64,000 nt of DNA from assembly GCA_963811165.1 (NCBI GenBank), contig CAWEQH010000004.1, positions 640,001-704,000 on the forward strand. Reading direction: 5' to 3'. The notes beneath the pieces were generated by a model. That model ran no database searches and was not told where the DNA came from. It saw nothing but the letters and a program-made list of their open reading frames with translations. This DNA is from an uncultured Nitrospiraceae bacterium. GTDB lineage: Bacteria > Nitrospirota > Thermodesulfovibrionia > Thermodesulfovibrionales > UBA6898. Below are positions 42,587 to 51,757 of this stretch, in pieces (the stretch's first letter is position 1; each line of letters begins with the position of its first letter). The position numbers were made by a program, and so were the translations under genes.

Positions 42587-45500
42587 TATCAATACCGACC
42601 TGCTGTCGCGACTGGACAACATAGAACTTGCCCTGAGAATAAGCCCCCTCGATGTCCTGGGGAGGTCCGAGCGCCCTGTCCACTTCAGGTCCTATCCCGG
42701 CGATACCGGAGAGGATGTTTTTTCTGAAGGCTTCGTCCCATAAAAGGCGGTCCTTCGTATAATCGATCGTGACTTTCTTCGGTTGCGGCAGCAGAAAGCT
42801 GTCGTAAAGACCCGCCCCTGCGAAACCCGGCAGGTCCTCGCCGCTTGAATCCGAGCGGAAGATAAGACCGCCCCCATAAAGGCCTTCGCTCTTACTCGGA
42901 AATGAAAGTATGTAGGGTGCGCCTCCATCTTTTTTGCTGGTAAAGCTGAGTGCTTTTCCAGGGTAATTGCCGACGAGCGCCTCACCGAGACCGAGCACAA
43001 CCTCCGCATATATCTCGTCTTTTGCCTGTGAAATCGGGTTTACTGTGTGGATCACGAAACTGTAGTCAGCCTCGACCACCTTTTGGATAAGTACCGCCAT
43101 AAAAAGGTCCTCATGAGGTATCCCGTGTGCCTCGCGGCTGAGATGGGCCCTTTCGTTCCATTTTGAGGCCCATACGCTTTTGATACAGCTCCACGCATCT
43201 TCCCACTTCGGGGGCCGTGAGATACCTGAGGCGTCCATGACCGAATAAAGGGATATACTTAGTTCCTGGGGAGCCTTCATATCGTGTATCGTCTTTCTGA
43301 TTTCCTCAAGCAGTTCCCGGGGTTTCTCCGGACCGTCCGCGAGCTTCTGCATGAGTTCAATGATTTTTCCGGCACAGTCCCTATTCTCATCATGAGACAG
43401 GACTTTATCGAACACGCCGAAGGGCAGGGCGGCAGAGGCAGGAAGCCCGATCCAATCGGGGAGGTTTCCCCTCAGGAGTCTCAGGTGGTTCGATTTTCCG
43501 CCGACGTTCATCTCGGTGAATTCATCCATAGTTACCGCATAGCTTGTGAAAGCGGGTTTTGCGGCCGGCCCCGCTGAATATTGCACCCCGGCAGCAGGGA
43601 CCACCCCTGCTCCAGCCATCTCCTCGGCAACGATATCGCCGCTTGCGGTTATTCCCATTTTTAGTGTATGTCCTTTTAGGGACTTCAGGTGATCTAATTG
43701 CGCCGCATTGTAACACGTGGCGAATAGGACACCTGCGTTTCTTGCACGCACCGCAATATGGGAGAGCAGGTCGACAACTGCCGGGGTAACTATCGCAGAG
43801 ACCCCCTTTGGGATCTCCTCATATCCTGTGACCTTCCCGGCCACTATGATGGCCGGCCGGTCGAAACTTTTTCCCTCGACGGACTTCAGCGCATCGGCGA
43901 TCTCCAGTTCCCCTTCAGCATGTGCCGGACTTATCACCTGCCAGTCTCCCATGAGGGCGTTCTTCCTAAGAAGAGGGTCGAGGTATCGCAAGAGGATCGA
44001 CATGGCGAAGGCAAGACGGCCGCGCAGCACCTCTTCGACAAAAAGGGTTACGGCCCACGCATCCGCCCGAAATGCCCCTCCAAGATATTCCGCCTTAGGC
44101 TTGAAAAGCCGGTTATACTGATCTACAAACATCCCTAGGTACCGGCCTATCCGGTCGGTCACCGCCTTGGCGTGGAGCGACCATTCCCGCCCGAACCTCT
44201 CCATCCTTCTGAGCTTCTCCCAGTGACTCAGGCAGTTGAGGAGTTCTTCTCCGGCATTTGTGATGCACAGGTTCTCAAGCACCTTCGAGGTCATCTCCGT
44301 AAGCTCGTTGGGGCCGAGATCGGGTACGCCGGACCTCTCTACGACAATTCGCAGGAAGTCCTCAAGTGCGATGTCGAGAAAGAGGAAGTCACGGACCGTT
44401 TCTGCGCGACCTGTCAGATGGTTTGCGGTCCTGCGGCGTGCCTCGGTGATTTTTTCGGCGAGTATGCCGGCCATTCCTGCGTCGTTGTGATGGCGCCAGA
44501 TGAAATCCATAACGGCGTGCATATCGGGGTCGAAAAGGTATCTCGCCGTATGAATTGCAGTGCCCAGATCGGTGCCTGTATGGACCGCCTTCAATATCCC
44601 GAGGAAATGCTCGAAGTCGCGTATCAGGGGGTCTTTCAGGTGGGGAATGAAATCGGGGTGCGATCTGATCGGTCTCTCATAGCCTTCAAGCCTCTCCCTT
44701 GTGACGCCGCCCTCATTGAGTTTCTTGTAGAACCAATCGAGGTTGCCGTTGCTTCTGAGGAACTCCAGATATGCCTCGCAGATCACGATATCGTCGGGGG
44801 TCGTGTTGTTGTGCAGTTTCTGGTGCCACTCCTCCATAAAATGGCCCGAGACCTCTTTGATATTATGGCGGTGCATGATATTTAAGACCTCGTCGCGGAC
44901 CCGCTGGGCGTCTCCGCCTCTGCCGAGTGTTGTCATAATGAGTCTCAACATCTCACGCCCGGCGGGGTTTTCCGCATAAAGGCTTGCGAGTTTTAAAGTG
45001 AGCCTGTCCATCGAGTGGCCGAGTTCTCTGGGCTGTGTATTGTAATTGCGCTGCCAGTCGAGCTGTCTGATAAATGAATAACGGAGCCAGACGAAGATCA
45101 GGGCGAGGCCGTCGACGCTGTCTTTGACCTTATCGAGAAGGTCATAGCAGAGATTGAAACGGTGCATCAGCGTCCAGGAATTCCGGCCTGTTTCATGTTC
45201 GATGATCTCTTCCGCGATAGGAAGGAGTTCCCCTCCTCCGAGGGCCGCGTCGCCTGCCGTCTGCGCAATCACCGGGATATCGATCCGGTAATTTTTTCCG
45301 CGGTTATTGTCCCAGCGGTTGTCTCCCGGAAAAAAGAGGACGAAATCCACCGAGCTGAGGCCGGAGGAGCTATCGAGAATGATTTCTATAAGAGCATGGC
45401 CGTCCTTTTTTAAAAAAGGCGTCTGGATCGCCTTAGAGCCGAAGGCGCGGCTGCCCTCGGGCCATGATTGCTTTGCAGGGACTTGCCATGACGCGTTTCC

Positions 45501-45638
45501 TCTTTTTCTGACCCCCCAATGAAGGAGAGCGTCGGTATCGGCATCCGCACGGATGGTGATCTCTGTAACAGAGTCCCCGATCTCCTTTTCGACAAACAGC
45601 ACGAGGCCGTTTTCAGTTGTGATTTTATCTTTTTGCAT
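42579..45638 (-). CDS. Alpha-glucan water dikinase (GWD1/R1)-like protein with N-terminal CBM45-like module
   Basis: LHWGV...QTPF...FVL...WDNNRGKNY, RQLDWQRNYNTQPREL, QRVRDEVL, EEWHQKLHNNTTPDD, DLLSHIAVRARN..LFATC, VWASKWNERA, RSDSSGEDLPGFAGAGLYDS. The alternative start at 45680 overlaps a TATAAT. Confidence 0.9.
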   Translation of the reverse strand: MQKDKITTENGLVLFVEKEIGDSVTEITIRADADTDALLHWGVRKRGNASWQVPAKQSWPEGSRAFGSKAIQTPFLKKDGHALIEIILDSSSGLSSVDFVLFFPGDNRWDNNRGKNYRIDIPVIAQTAGDAALGGGELLPIAEEIIEHETGRNSWTLMHRFNLCYDLLDKVKDSVDGLALIFVWLRYSFIRQLDWQRNYNTQPRELGHSMDRLTLKLASLYAENPAGREMLRLIMTTLGRGGDAQRVRDEVLNIMHRHNIKEVSGHFMEEWHQKLHNNTTPDDIVICEAYLEFLRSNGNLDWFYKKLNEGGVTRERLEGYERPIRSHPDFIPHLKDPLIRDFEHFLGILKAVHTGTDLGTAIHTARYLFDPDMHAVMDFIWRHHNDAGMAGILAEKITEARRRTANHLTGRAETVRDFLFLDIALEDFLRIVVERSGVPDLGPNELTEMTSKVLENLCITNAGEELLNCLSHWEKLRRMERFGREWSLHAKAVTDRIGRYLGMFVDQYNRLFKPKAEYLGGAFRADAWAVTLFVEEVLRGRLAFAMSILLRYLDPLLRKNALMGDWQVISPAHAEGELEIADALKSVEGKSFDRPAIIVAGKVTGYEEIPKGVSAIVTPAVVDLLSHIAVRARNAGVLFATCYNAAQLDHLKSLKGHTLKMGITASGDIVAEEMAGAGVVPAAGVQYSAGPAAKPAFTSYAVTMDEFTEMNVGGKSNHLRLLRGNLPDWIGLPASAALPFGVFDKVLSHDENRDCAGKIIELMQKLADGPEKPRELLEEIRKTIHDMKAPQELSISLYSVMDASGISRPPKWEDAWSCIKSVWASKWNERAHLSREAHGIPHEDLFMAVLIQKVVEADYSFVIHTVNPISQAKDEIYAEVVLGLGEALVGNYPGKALSFTSKKDGGAPYILSFPSKSEGLYGGGLIFRSDSSGEDLPGFAGAGLYDSFLLPQPKKVTIDYTKDRLLWDEAFRKNILSGIAGIGPEVDRALGPPQDIEGAYSQGKFYVVQSRQQVGIDNA

Positions 45639-46051
45639 AGTCGGCTGACGACGGACCCTCAAGAGGTCCACGATATTCATTATACCTAATATATGGGGAA
45701 GGGGATATGAGGGGAAATCAGTACGGGGGGGTTGAAAAAGACATGCGGAGGGACTGGGGTAGCATCATATCAAAACAGAATGGCGTTCTTCCAGCTTTTT
45801 CTATAGCTTCAACGATGGCAATGAGGCGCAGGGGCAACAGCCTTTGCAAAAAACCACAGAGGCTATTCCCCGTCGTCTCGATTGGTGTTATACCAACCTT
45901 TATTTCCTTCTTAAATTTAGGTGAGCATGACAGGCGTGCCAAAAAAAAGATGTGAATCAACTTCAAAAAGGATATAGAATCGTCTCCAGAAGTGTGGTAA
46001 GATTTTGGCAAGGTTGAGTCCTTATAATCCATTTTTAAGAGGTGGCGATAC

Positions 46052-47107
46052 ATGCCTGAAAAGACGATCGAATCCTTCGGCGTCAAGCGCCTTGAAATCC
46101 TCAGCGAGACCGGGGACGCGGATGCCGCACTTATGCCCCCGCTTTCAGACGCGCAGATTAAGGAGCTTTACGAGCTGCTTGTAATTTCAAGGACCTTTGA
46201 CGGCCGCGCACTGAATCTTCAGAGGGAAGGAAGGCTAGGCACCTATGCGCCTGTTTTTGGGCAGGAGGCCTCTCAGGTAGGCAGCGCCTATGCCTTTGAC
46301 AAGACCGACTGGCTCTTCCCGACGTTCAGGGAGATGGCCGTCTTCATGGCTGTGGGTTATCCGATGCATATGATCTTTCAGTACTGGTCCGGCGACGAAC
46401 GAGGCCTCAGGGTGCCGGACGACCTCAATATCTTTCCCATCTCTATCCCGGTGGGTACACATATACTCCACGCCGTCGGCGCGGCGATGGCTATGAAATA
46501 CAAAGGCGACAAGAAGGCTTCCGGGGTATATTTCGGAGACGGAGGCACGTCTGAGGGCGATTTCCATGAGGGCATGAACTTCGCGGGAGTGTTCAACGCG
46601 CCGGTCGTCTTTATCTGTCAGAACAACCACTGGGCGATATCCGTGCCGAGGGAAAAACAGACGGCAGCGAAAACCCTCGCCCAAAAGGCCGTGGCCTACG
46701 GATTCGAAGGTATTCAGGTCGACGGTAACGATGTCTTTGCCGTGTACAAGGCCACAAAGGATGCTGTGGACAAGGCCAAAAGAGGGGAAGGCCCCACACT
46801 GATAGAATGCGTTACCTACAGGATGGCAGACCATACGACCGCTGATGATGCGTCGAGGTACAGGACGAAAGAAGTGATAGAGGCATGGAAGCCGAAGGAC
46901 CCGATCCTGAGGGTGAAGCTTTTCATGGAGAAGAAGGGCATATGGACGGAGACCGATCAGAAGGAACTTGAGGAGAAGTCGAAGGCCAGGGTCGACGAAT
47001 GGGTGAAGATGGAGGAGGCGATAGAGAAGCCCTCTCCGAAGGACATGTTCCTCTATACCTACGAAAAACCCACCCCGCGACAGATCAAAGAGATGGGGGA
47101 TTTTTGA
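46052..47107 (+). CDS. pdhA: Pyruvate/2-oxoacid dehydrogenase E1 alpha
   Basis: LQREGRLGTYAP..GQEA, TPP motif GDGGTSEGDFHEGMN...NN, HTTADD. Confidence 0.9.
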   Translation: MPEKTIESFGVKRLEILSETGDADAALMPPLSDAQIKELYELLVISRTFDGRALNLQREGRLGTYAPVFGQEASQVGSAYAFDKTDWLFPTFREMAVFMAVGYPMHMIFQYWSGDERGLRVPDDLNIFPISIPVGTHILHAVGAAMAMKYKGDKKASGVYFGDGGTSEGDFHEGMNFAGVFNAPVVFICQNNHWAISVPREKQTAAKTLAQKAVAYGFEGIQVDGNDVFAVYKATKDAVDKAKRGEGPTLIECVTYRMADHTTADDASRYRTKEVIEAWKPKDPILRVKLFMEKKGIWTETDQKELEEKSKARVDEWVKMEEAIEKPSPKDMFLYTYEKPTPRQIKEMGDF

Positions 47108-47108
47108 T

Positions 47109-48071
47109 ATGCCGAAAATGAACATGGTCCAGGCGATCAACCTTGCCCTTAAGGAGGAGATGGAGCGCGACAAAAACGTGGTCGTCCTCGGGGAAGACGT
47201 GGGCAGAGACGGAGGCGTTTTCAGAGTGACCGAAGGGCTCCTCGATCTCTACGGCCCCGAGCGCGTAATGGACACGCCCCTGGCCGAATCGGGTATCGTC
47301 GGCACCGCCATAGGCATGGCCGCCTATGGGTTGCGTCCGGTTGCCGAGATCCAATTTATGGGTTTCATATATCCCGCGGTCGATCAGATATTCAATCATG
47401 CCGCGCGAATGCGCTCGCGCTGCCGAGGAAGGTACACCATCCCCCTTGTCGTCAGGACACCTTACGGCGTCGGCATAAAGTCGCCGGAGCACCATTCGGA
47501 AAGTTCAGAGGCGCATTTCTGCCATATGCCGGGGATAAAGGTGGTTGTCCCTGCGACCCCGTATACTGCCAAAGGACTGCTCATCTCTTCGATCAGGGAC
47601 CCGGACCCGGTGGTCTTTCTCGAATCGACCAGGCTTTATAGGATGATAAAGGAAGACGTTCCGGAGGGTGAATATACCATTCCCCTGGGGCAGGCGAGGG
47701 TCGTGCAGGAAGGCAGGCAAGTTACCGTCATCTCCTGGGGGAGTATGCTGCACAGGGCCTTGCAGGCGGTGAGCGCGGTCGATGCCGAGGTGATAGATCT
47801 TATGACCCTTCTGCCTTTTGATGAGGAGACGGTATACAAGTCCGTGAAGAAGACCGGCAGGGTTGTGATTGTGCAGGAGGCCCCGAAGACCGGCGGGTTC
47901 GGCGCCGAGATCTCGGCATCTATTGCGGAAGATGCGATGCTTTATCTTAAAGGACCGATAAAGAGGGTGACCGGCTATGACGTGGTGCTCCCCCTCCCGA
48001 AGCTCGAGGATTATTATATGCCGACGGTAAACAGGATAAGGAAAGAGATCAATGAGGTTTTGAAATATTGA
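47109..48071 (+). CDS. pdhB: Pyruvate/2-oxoacid dehydrogenase E1 beta
   Basis: GEDVG..GGVFRVT, DTPLAESGI, EIQF, EHHSES. Confidence 0.9.
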   Translation: MPKMNMVQAINLALKEEMERDKNVVVLGEDVGRDGGVFRVTEGLLDLYGPERVMDTPLAESGIVGTAIGMAAYGLRPVAEIQFMGFIYPAVDQIFNHAARMRSRCRGRYTIPLVVRTPYGVGIKSPEHHSESSEAHFCHMPGIKVVVPATPYTAKGLLISSIRDPDPVVFLESTRLYRMIKEDVPEGEYTIPLGQARVVQEGRQVTVISWGSMLHRALQAVSAVDAEVIDLMTLLPFDEETVYKSVKKTGRVVIVQEAPKTGGFGAEISASIAEDAMLYLKGPIKRVTGYDVVLPLPKLEDYYMPTVNRIRKEINEVLKY

Positions 48072-48110
48072 ACGGGGCCGGCGGGCATACAAAAAGAAAG
48101 GTTTAATTAA

Positions 48111-48971
48111 ATGGAAAGAAAATGTTATCGCTTTGAGTGGCTTGTGATCGTCATTCTTTTGCTGTTTCCTCTTTTGTCCCATGCCGCGGAAATGCAGGCT
48201 GATGAGAAATCCCCCGAAGCGGCTTCGGATGTTTCGGAACCGCAGCCCGAGCAGAAATCCCCGGAAGCAACTTCGGAATCTGCCGCTCCCGGACCTGCCA
48301 ACGAGGGGATGCAGGAAGAAGAAGGAGGGATTGTCGATCCCTTTGAGCCATGGAACCGCGTTATGTTCACCGTTAATGACAGGCTTTATTTCTGGCTGAT
48401 GAAGCCCACGGCGAAACTGTATAACTTCTTCATCCCGGAATGGGGCCGTATCAGGGTGCGAAATGTTGTGCATAATGTGGCCACGCCCGTCAGGTTCGTC
48501 AATTCGGTCCTTCAACTGAAGTTACATGCCGCCGTTGCCGAACTCGGCCGGTTCGTGGCGAACACCGTAGGAGGGCTGGGGGGAATGTTTGAGGTCGTAA
48601 AGGACAACCCCGAGATAGGTACGTCCGACCGGGACTTCGGGCAGACCCTCGGCAAGTACGGAATACCTAACGGCTTCTATATCATCTGGCCCGTCTTCGG
48701 CCCCTCTTCTTTCAGAGACAGCATAGGAATGGCAGGCGACGGATTTTTGACCCCCGAGAATTATATTACTCCTTTTTGGGACTCGGTGGCTGTCCAGGCT
48801 TACGAGAAGGTAAACGATGCCTCCCTCAAGATCGGTGATTACGAAGACTTCAAGGAATCTGCCATCGATCCTTATATTGCGATGAAGGACGCTTATTATC
48901 AGTACAGGAAAAGCAAGGTAAAAGAGGAATCCTACAGCGGCCCGCTGTTTAAGGAAAAAGACCGTCCATAG
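48111..48971 (+). CDS. mlaA: VacJ/MlaA family protein
   Basis: DPFEPWNR, RFVANT.GGLGG, DFGQTLG, GPSS.RD, DPY...KDAY.Q.R. Confidence 0.9.
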   Translation: MERKCYRFEWLVIVILLLFPLLSHAAEMQADEKSPEAASDVSEPQPEQKSPEATSESAAPGPANEGMQEEEGGIVDPFEPWNRVMFTVNDRLYFWLMKPTAKLYNFFIPEWGRIRVRNVVHNVATPVRFVNSVLQLKLHAAVAELGRFVANTVGGLGGMFEVVKDNPEIGTSDRDFGQTLGKYGIPNGFYIIWPVFGPSSFRDSIGMAGDGFLTPENYITPFWDSVAVQAYEKVNDASLKIGDYEDFKESAIDPYIAMKDAYYQYRKSKVKEESYSGPLFKEKDRP

Positions 48972-49004
48972 CCAAAAAGGAGCTCGCTTCAGTCGTCCTT
49001 TTTC

Positions 49005-49622
49005 TTATGGTGTTTCTTTGAGTGTCTTCTTTTTAAGCCTCTTTACGAGCTCCTCGTATGACGACGACCTGATGATCTGGCTGAATTGGCTGCGGTAATT
49101 ATTGACGAGGCTTACCCCCTCCACGATAATGTCATAGACCTCCCATTTATTTGTCTTCTTAAAGATCCTGTATTCCACCGGGATCTCGGCCTCCTGGGTC
49201 TTGACGATCTTCGTCCTTACGACGGCGTATTGACCGGTTATGCTCTCATCCAGATAGACGACCTTCTCGTTTTCGTAGCGTTCGATCTTCTTTATGTAGG
49301 TATTTTCAAGGAGGTCAGAGAAAAGGGCAACGAATTCTTTCTTTTCATCCGGGGTCCTCTTGCTCCAGTTGAGGGCGAGAGAACGTTTCGCCATCTCTTC
49401 GAAGTCGAACCGCTTGTCGACGATCTCTCGAATCTTCTTTGTCCTGAGTTCCCTGTTTTCAGGCCGTTTGAGTTCTTTGTTGTTTAAGACATCCATTACC
49501 GCGTCGACGGTCTGCTTTACCTGGTCGGTGGCCTCTCCGGCCAGGGCGGTTCGCGGTTTGAACGAGCTGAGAGATAGACAGAGCAAAAAGACAAAGAATA
49601 TTTTCAAGATCGGACTATTCAT
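49005..49622 (-). CDS. mlaC: MlaC/Ttg2D periplasmic lipid-binding protein
   Basis: FDFEEMAKRSL, YDIIVEGVSLVNNYRSQF. Confidence 0.92.
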   Translation of the reverse strand: MNSPILKIFFVFLLCLSLSSFKPRTALAGEATDQVKQTVDAVMDVLNNKELKRPENRELRTKKIREIVDKRFDFEEMAKRSLALNWSKRTPDEKKEFVALFSDLLENTYIKKIERYENEKVVYLDESITGQYAVVRTKIVKTQEAEIPVEYRIFKKTNKWEVYDIIVEGVSLVNNYRSQFSQIIRSSSYEELVKRLKKKTLKETP

Positions 49623-49635
49623 ATCGGGGTCCCTC

Positions 49636-50076
49636 CTATACCTTGCCGAAGACGTATTTAGAGATAAGCGATTCTATATCGATGGCGGATTCGGTGTCCA
49701 TTATTCTTCCGCCTTTAGAGATGTACTTGTCGGACGCTCCCGGAGTGAGTTGTACGAATTTTTCTCCGATGAGCCCTTTTGTCTTTATCGACGCGATGGA
49801 GTCGTCCTGGAGCTTTATCCCTTTGTTGATCTCCAAGGTCAGGAGTGCCTGATATTTGTCGAGATTCACATCCGTAACTTTTCCGACAGAGACCCCCGCG
49901 ATCTCGACGCTGGCCCCCGGCTTTATCCCCCCTGCCTGGTCGAATTCGGCATAGACAGTGTACCCTTTAGTCACGAAGACTTCGAGACGGCCCAGTTTTA
50001 CGGATATGTAGGCAAGCGATAATATGCCTATCAGCAAAAAAAAGCCGACTGCAGTTTCAAGGTCGATCTTCTTCAT
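49636..50076 (-). CDS. mlaD: MlaD MCE-domain protein
   Basis: F...GGIKPGASV.IAGV.VG, IKTKGLIGEKFVQL.PG. Confidence 0.93.
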   Translation of the reverse strand: MKKIDLETAVGFFLLIGILSLAYISVKLGRLEVFVTKGYTVYAEFDQAGGIKPGASVEIAGVSVGKVTDVNLDKYQALLTLEINKGIKLQDDSIASIKTKGLIGEKFVQLTPGASDKYISKGGRIMDTESAIDIESLISKYVFGKV

Positions 50077-50095
50077 ATGTATATCGGTTGCGCCA

Positions 50096-50842
50096 TCACA
50101 GTATTTCTATAGGTCCTTCGAGCGCACCCGAGATAAACTGCCGCACGTAAGAGTTGGTGGAGTTTCTAAATTCGTCGGGCGTCCCGAATTCGATTACAGT
50201 ACCATTGTATAACATGGCCACTTTGTCTGCAACATCGAAGATTTCGGGGATCTCGTGGCTGATGATCACCCCCGCAAATCCGTACTTCTTGTGCGTCTTG
50301 ATGATCAGCCGGTGGATTGAGCTCGAGATGATCGGATCGAGCCCGGTAGTCGGTTCGTCAAAGAGTACTATAGCCGGCTCCGTGATCAGGGCGCGGGCAA
50401 GGGCGACCCTTCTTTTCATCCCGCCGCTGATCTCGGCCGGATATTTGTTCCCCATCTCTTTGAGACCGACGTCTTCCAGGGCCTGTGTCACACGCTCTCG
50501 TATCTTGTCCCTTGAAAGTCTGGTTTTTTCCTTCAGCGGAAACGCTATGTTTTCGTATATGGTAAGGGAGTCAAAGAGCGCGCCTTCCTGGAAGACGACG
50601 CCGAACTTGTCGCGTATCGAATCGAGTTCCCTTCCCTGGACGGTTGTAATATCGGCCCCTTCAATTAATATTTTCCCTTCGTCGGGTTTAATAAGTCCAA
50701 TCAGTTGCTTCAGCAAAACGCTCTTCCCGCCGCCGCTCTGGCCGATTATCGCCACCAGTTCTCCGTTGGATATCCGTAGGTTCAGGCCGTTGATGACCTT
50801 CTGTGTGCCGAACGCCTTTTTGAGGTTTATTATTTCAATCAT
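50096..50842 (-). CDS. mlaF: MlaF ABC ATPase
   Basis: GQSGGGKS, FQEGALFDSL, ISGGMKRRVALARA, DEPTTGLDP. Confidence 0.92.
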   Translation of the reverse strand: MIEIINLKKAFGTQKVINGLNLRISNGELVAIIGQSGGGKSVLLKQLIGLIKPDEGKILIEGADITTVQGRELDSIRDKFGVVFQEGALFDSLTIYENIAFPLKEKTRLSRDKIRERVTQALEDVGLKEMGNKYPAEISGGMKRRVALARALITEPAIVLFDEPTTGLDPIISSSIHRLIIKTHKKYGFAGVIISHEIPEIFDVADKVAMLYNGTVIEFGTPDEFRNSTNSYVRQFISGALEGPIEIL

Positions 50843-51630
50843 GCCGGAATAAAGAGCGAGCCCAGGAAATAGTCCCAGATTAGTATCAGCACGGACGACA
50901 TCACTACCGCCGAGGTCGTGGCCCTGCTGACGCCTTCTGCCCCGTAGCCAGTATAGTATCCCTTATAACAGCAGACCCACGAGACGATGACTCCGAAACT
51001 AAGCGCCTTGTATAATCCTACCCTGATGTCTCCCATGTTGACGAAGAGCTCCATCTGCGAAAAATATGTCCCCGAACTCAGCCCCAGAAGTTTTACCCCT
51101 ACGAAATATCCCCCATAGATGCCGATGAGATCGAAGATCGAGGTCAGAAGCGGGAAGGTGATGATAGCCGCGACGATATTGGGAGCGATCAGGTACCGCA
51201 TCGGGTTAAGGGCCATGGAGGTGAGGGCGTCTATCTGTTCCGTGATCCTCATGATGCCGATCTCGGCGGTGAGGGCCGACCCCGCTCTGCCGGTGACCAT
51301 CAGAGCCGAAAGCACAGGGCCCAGTTCCCTGATAATGGAGAGCGCAACCGCAGGACCGAGCATCGCCTCGGAACCGAATTTCCTGAGCGTATAAAATATC
51401 TGAAGCGAAAGGACCATGCCGGTGAAGGAACCCGTCAGCAAAATGACCATCATCGATTTACTCCCGAAAAACCGTATCTGCCTTAAGAGCATATTGAATT
51501 TGAAGGGCGGCTTGAATATTATATAGACCGCATTTACGAGGAAGACGAACATATGCCCCAACCCCTTCAGAAGGGAAAGGAACCATGCTCCGATCGCACG
51601 AATGCAGACTGTCATGTCCATTATGGTCAT
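50839..51630 (-). CDS. mlaE: MlaE ABC permease
   Basis: RELGPVL.ALMVTGRAGS..TAEIG.MRITEQIDAL. Confidence 0.94.
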   Translation of the reverse strand: MTIMDMTVCIRAIGAWFLSLLKGLGHMFVFLVNAVYIIFKPPFKFNMLLRQIRFFGSKSMMVILLTGSFTGMVLSLQIFYTLRKFGSEAMLGPAVALSIIRELGPVLSALMVTGRAGSALTAEIGIMRITEQIDALTSMALNPMRYLIAPNIVAAIITFPLLTSIFDLIGIYGGYFVGVKLLGLSSGTYFSQMELFVNMGDIRVGLYKALSFGVIVSWVCCYKGYYTGYGAEGVSRATTSAVVMSSVLILIWDYFLGSLFIPA

Positions 51631-51757
51631 ATTGTGTACACCCGCTGTCCTCTCATTTTATCTAACGAGTACATTAAAGTGTATTCGATTATTCTATCCT
51701 GTGCAACGCTTGAGCGACGTGCCGAAGCATCAAAGGAAACGAAGGCCCTGTCGGTGT

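Noticed and set aside
39119..45638. Calling the two dikinases PEP synthase, PPDK or rifampicin phosphotransferase
   Set aside because: The domain order is reversed (His domain before a C-terminal ATP domain) and long GWD- and PWD-specific motifs are present.
36783..45638. Eukaryotic contamination as the source of GWD/PWD
   Set aside because: No introns, overlapping operon-style junctions, fusion to bacterial-type domains, and composition similar to the neighbours. Read mapping is still advisable.
45923..45945. Possible sigma54 promoter (TGGCACG) facing the GWD operon
   Set aside because: The GG-to-GC spacing is 12 nt rather than the required 10.
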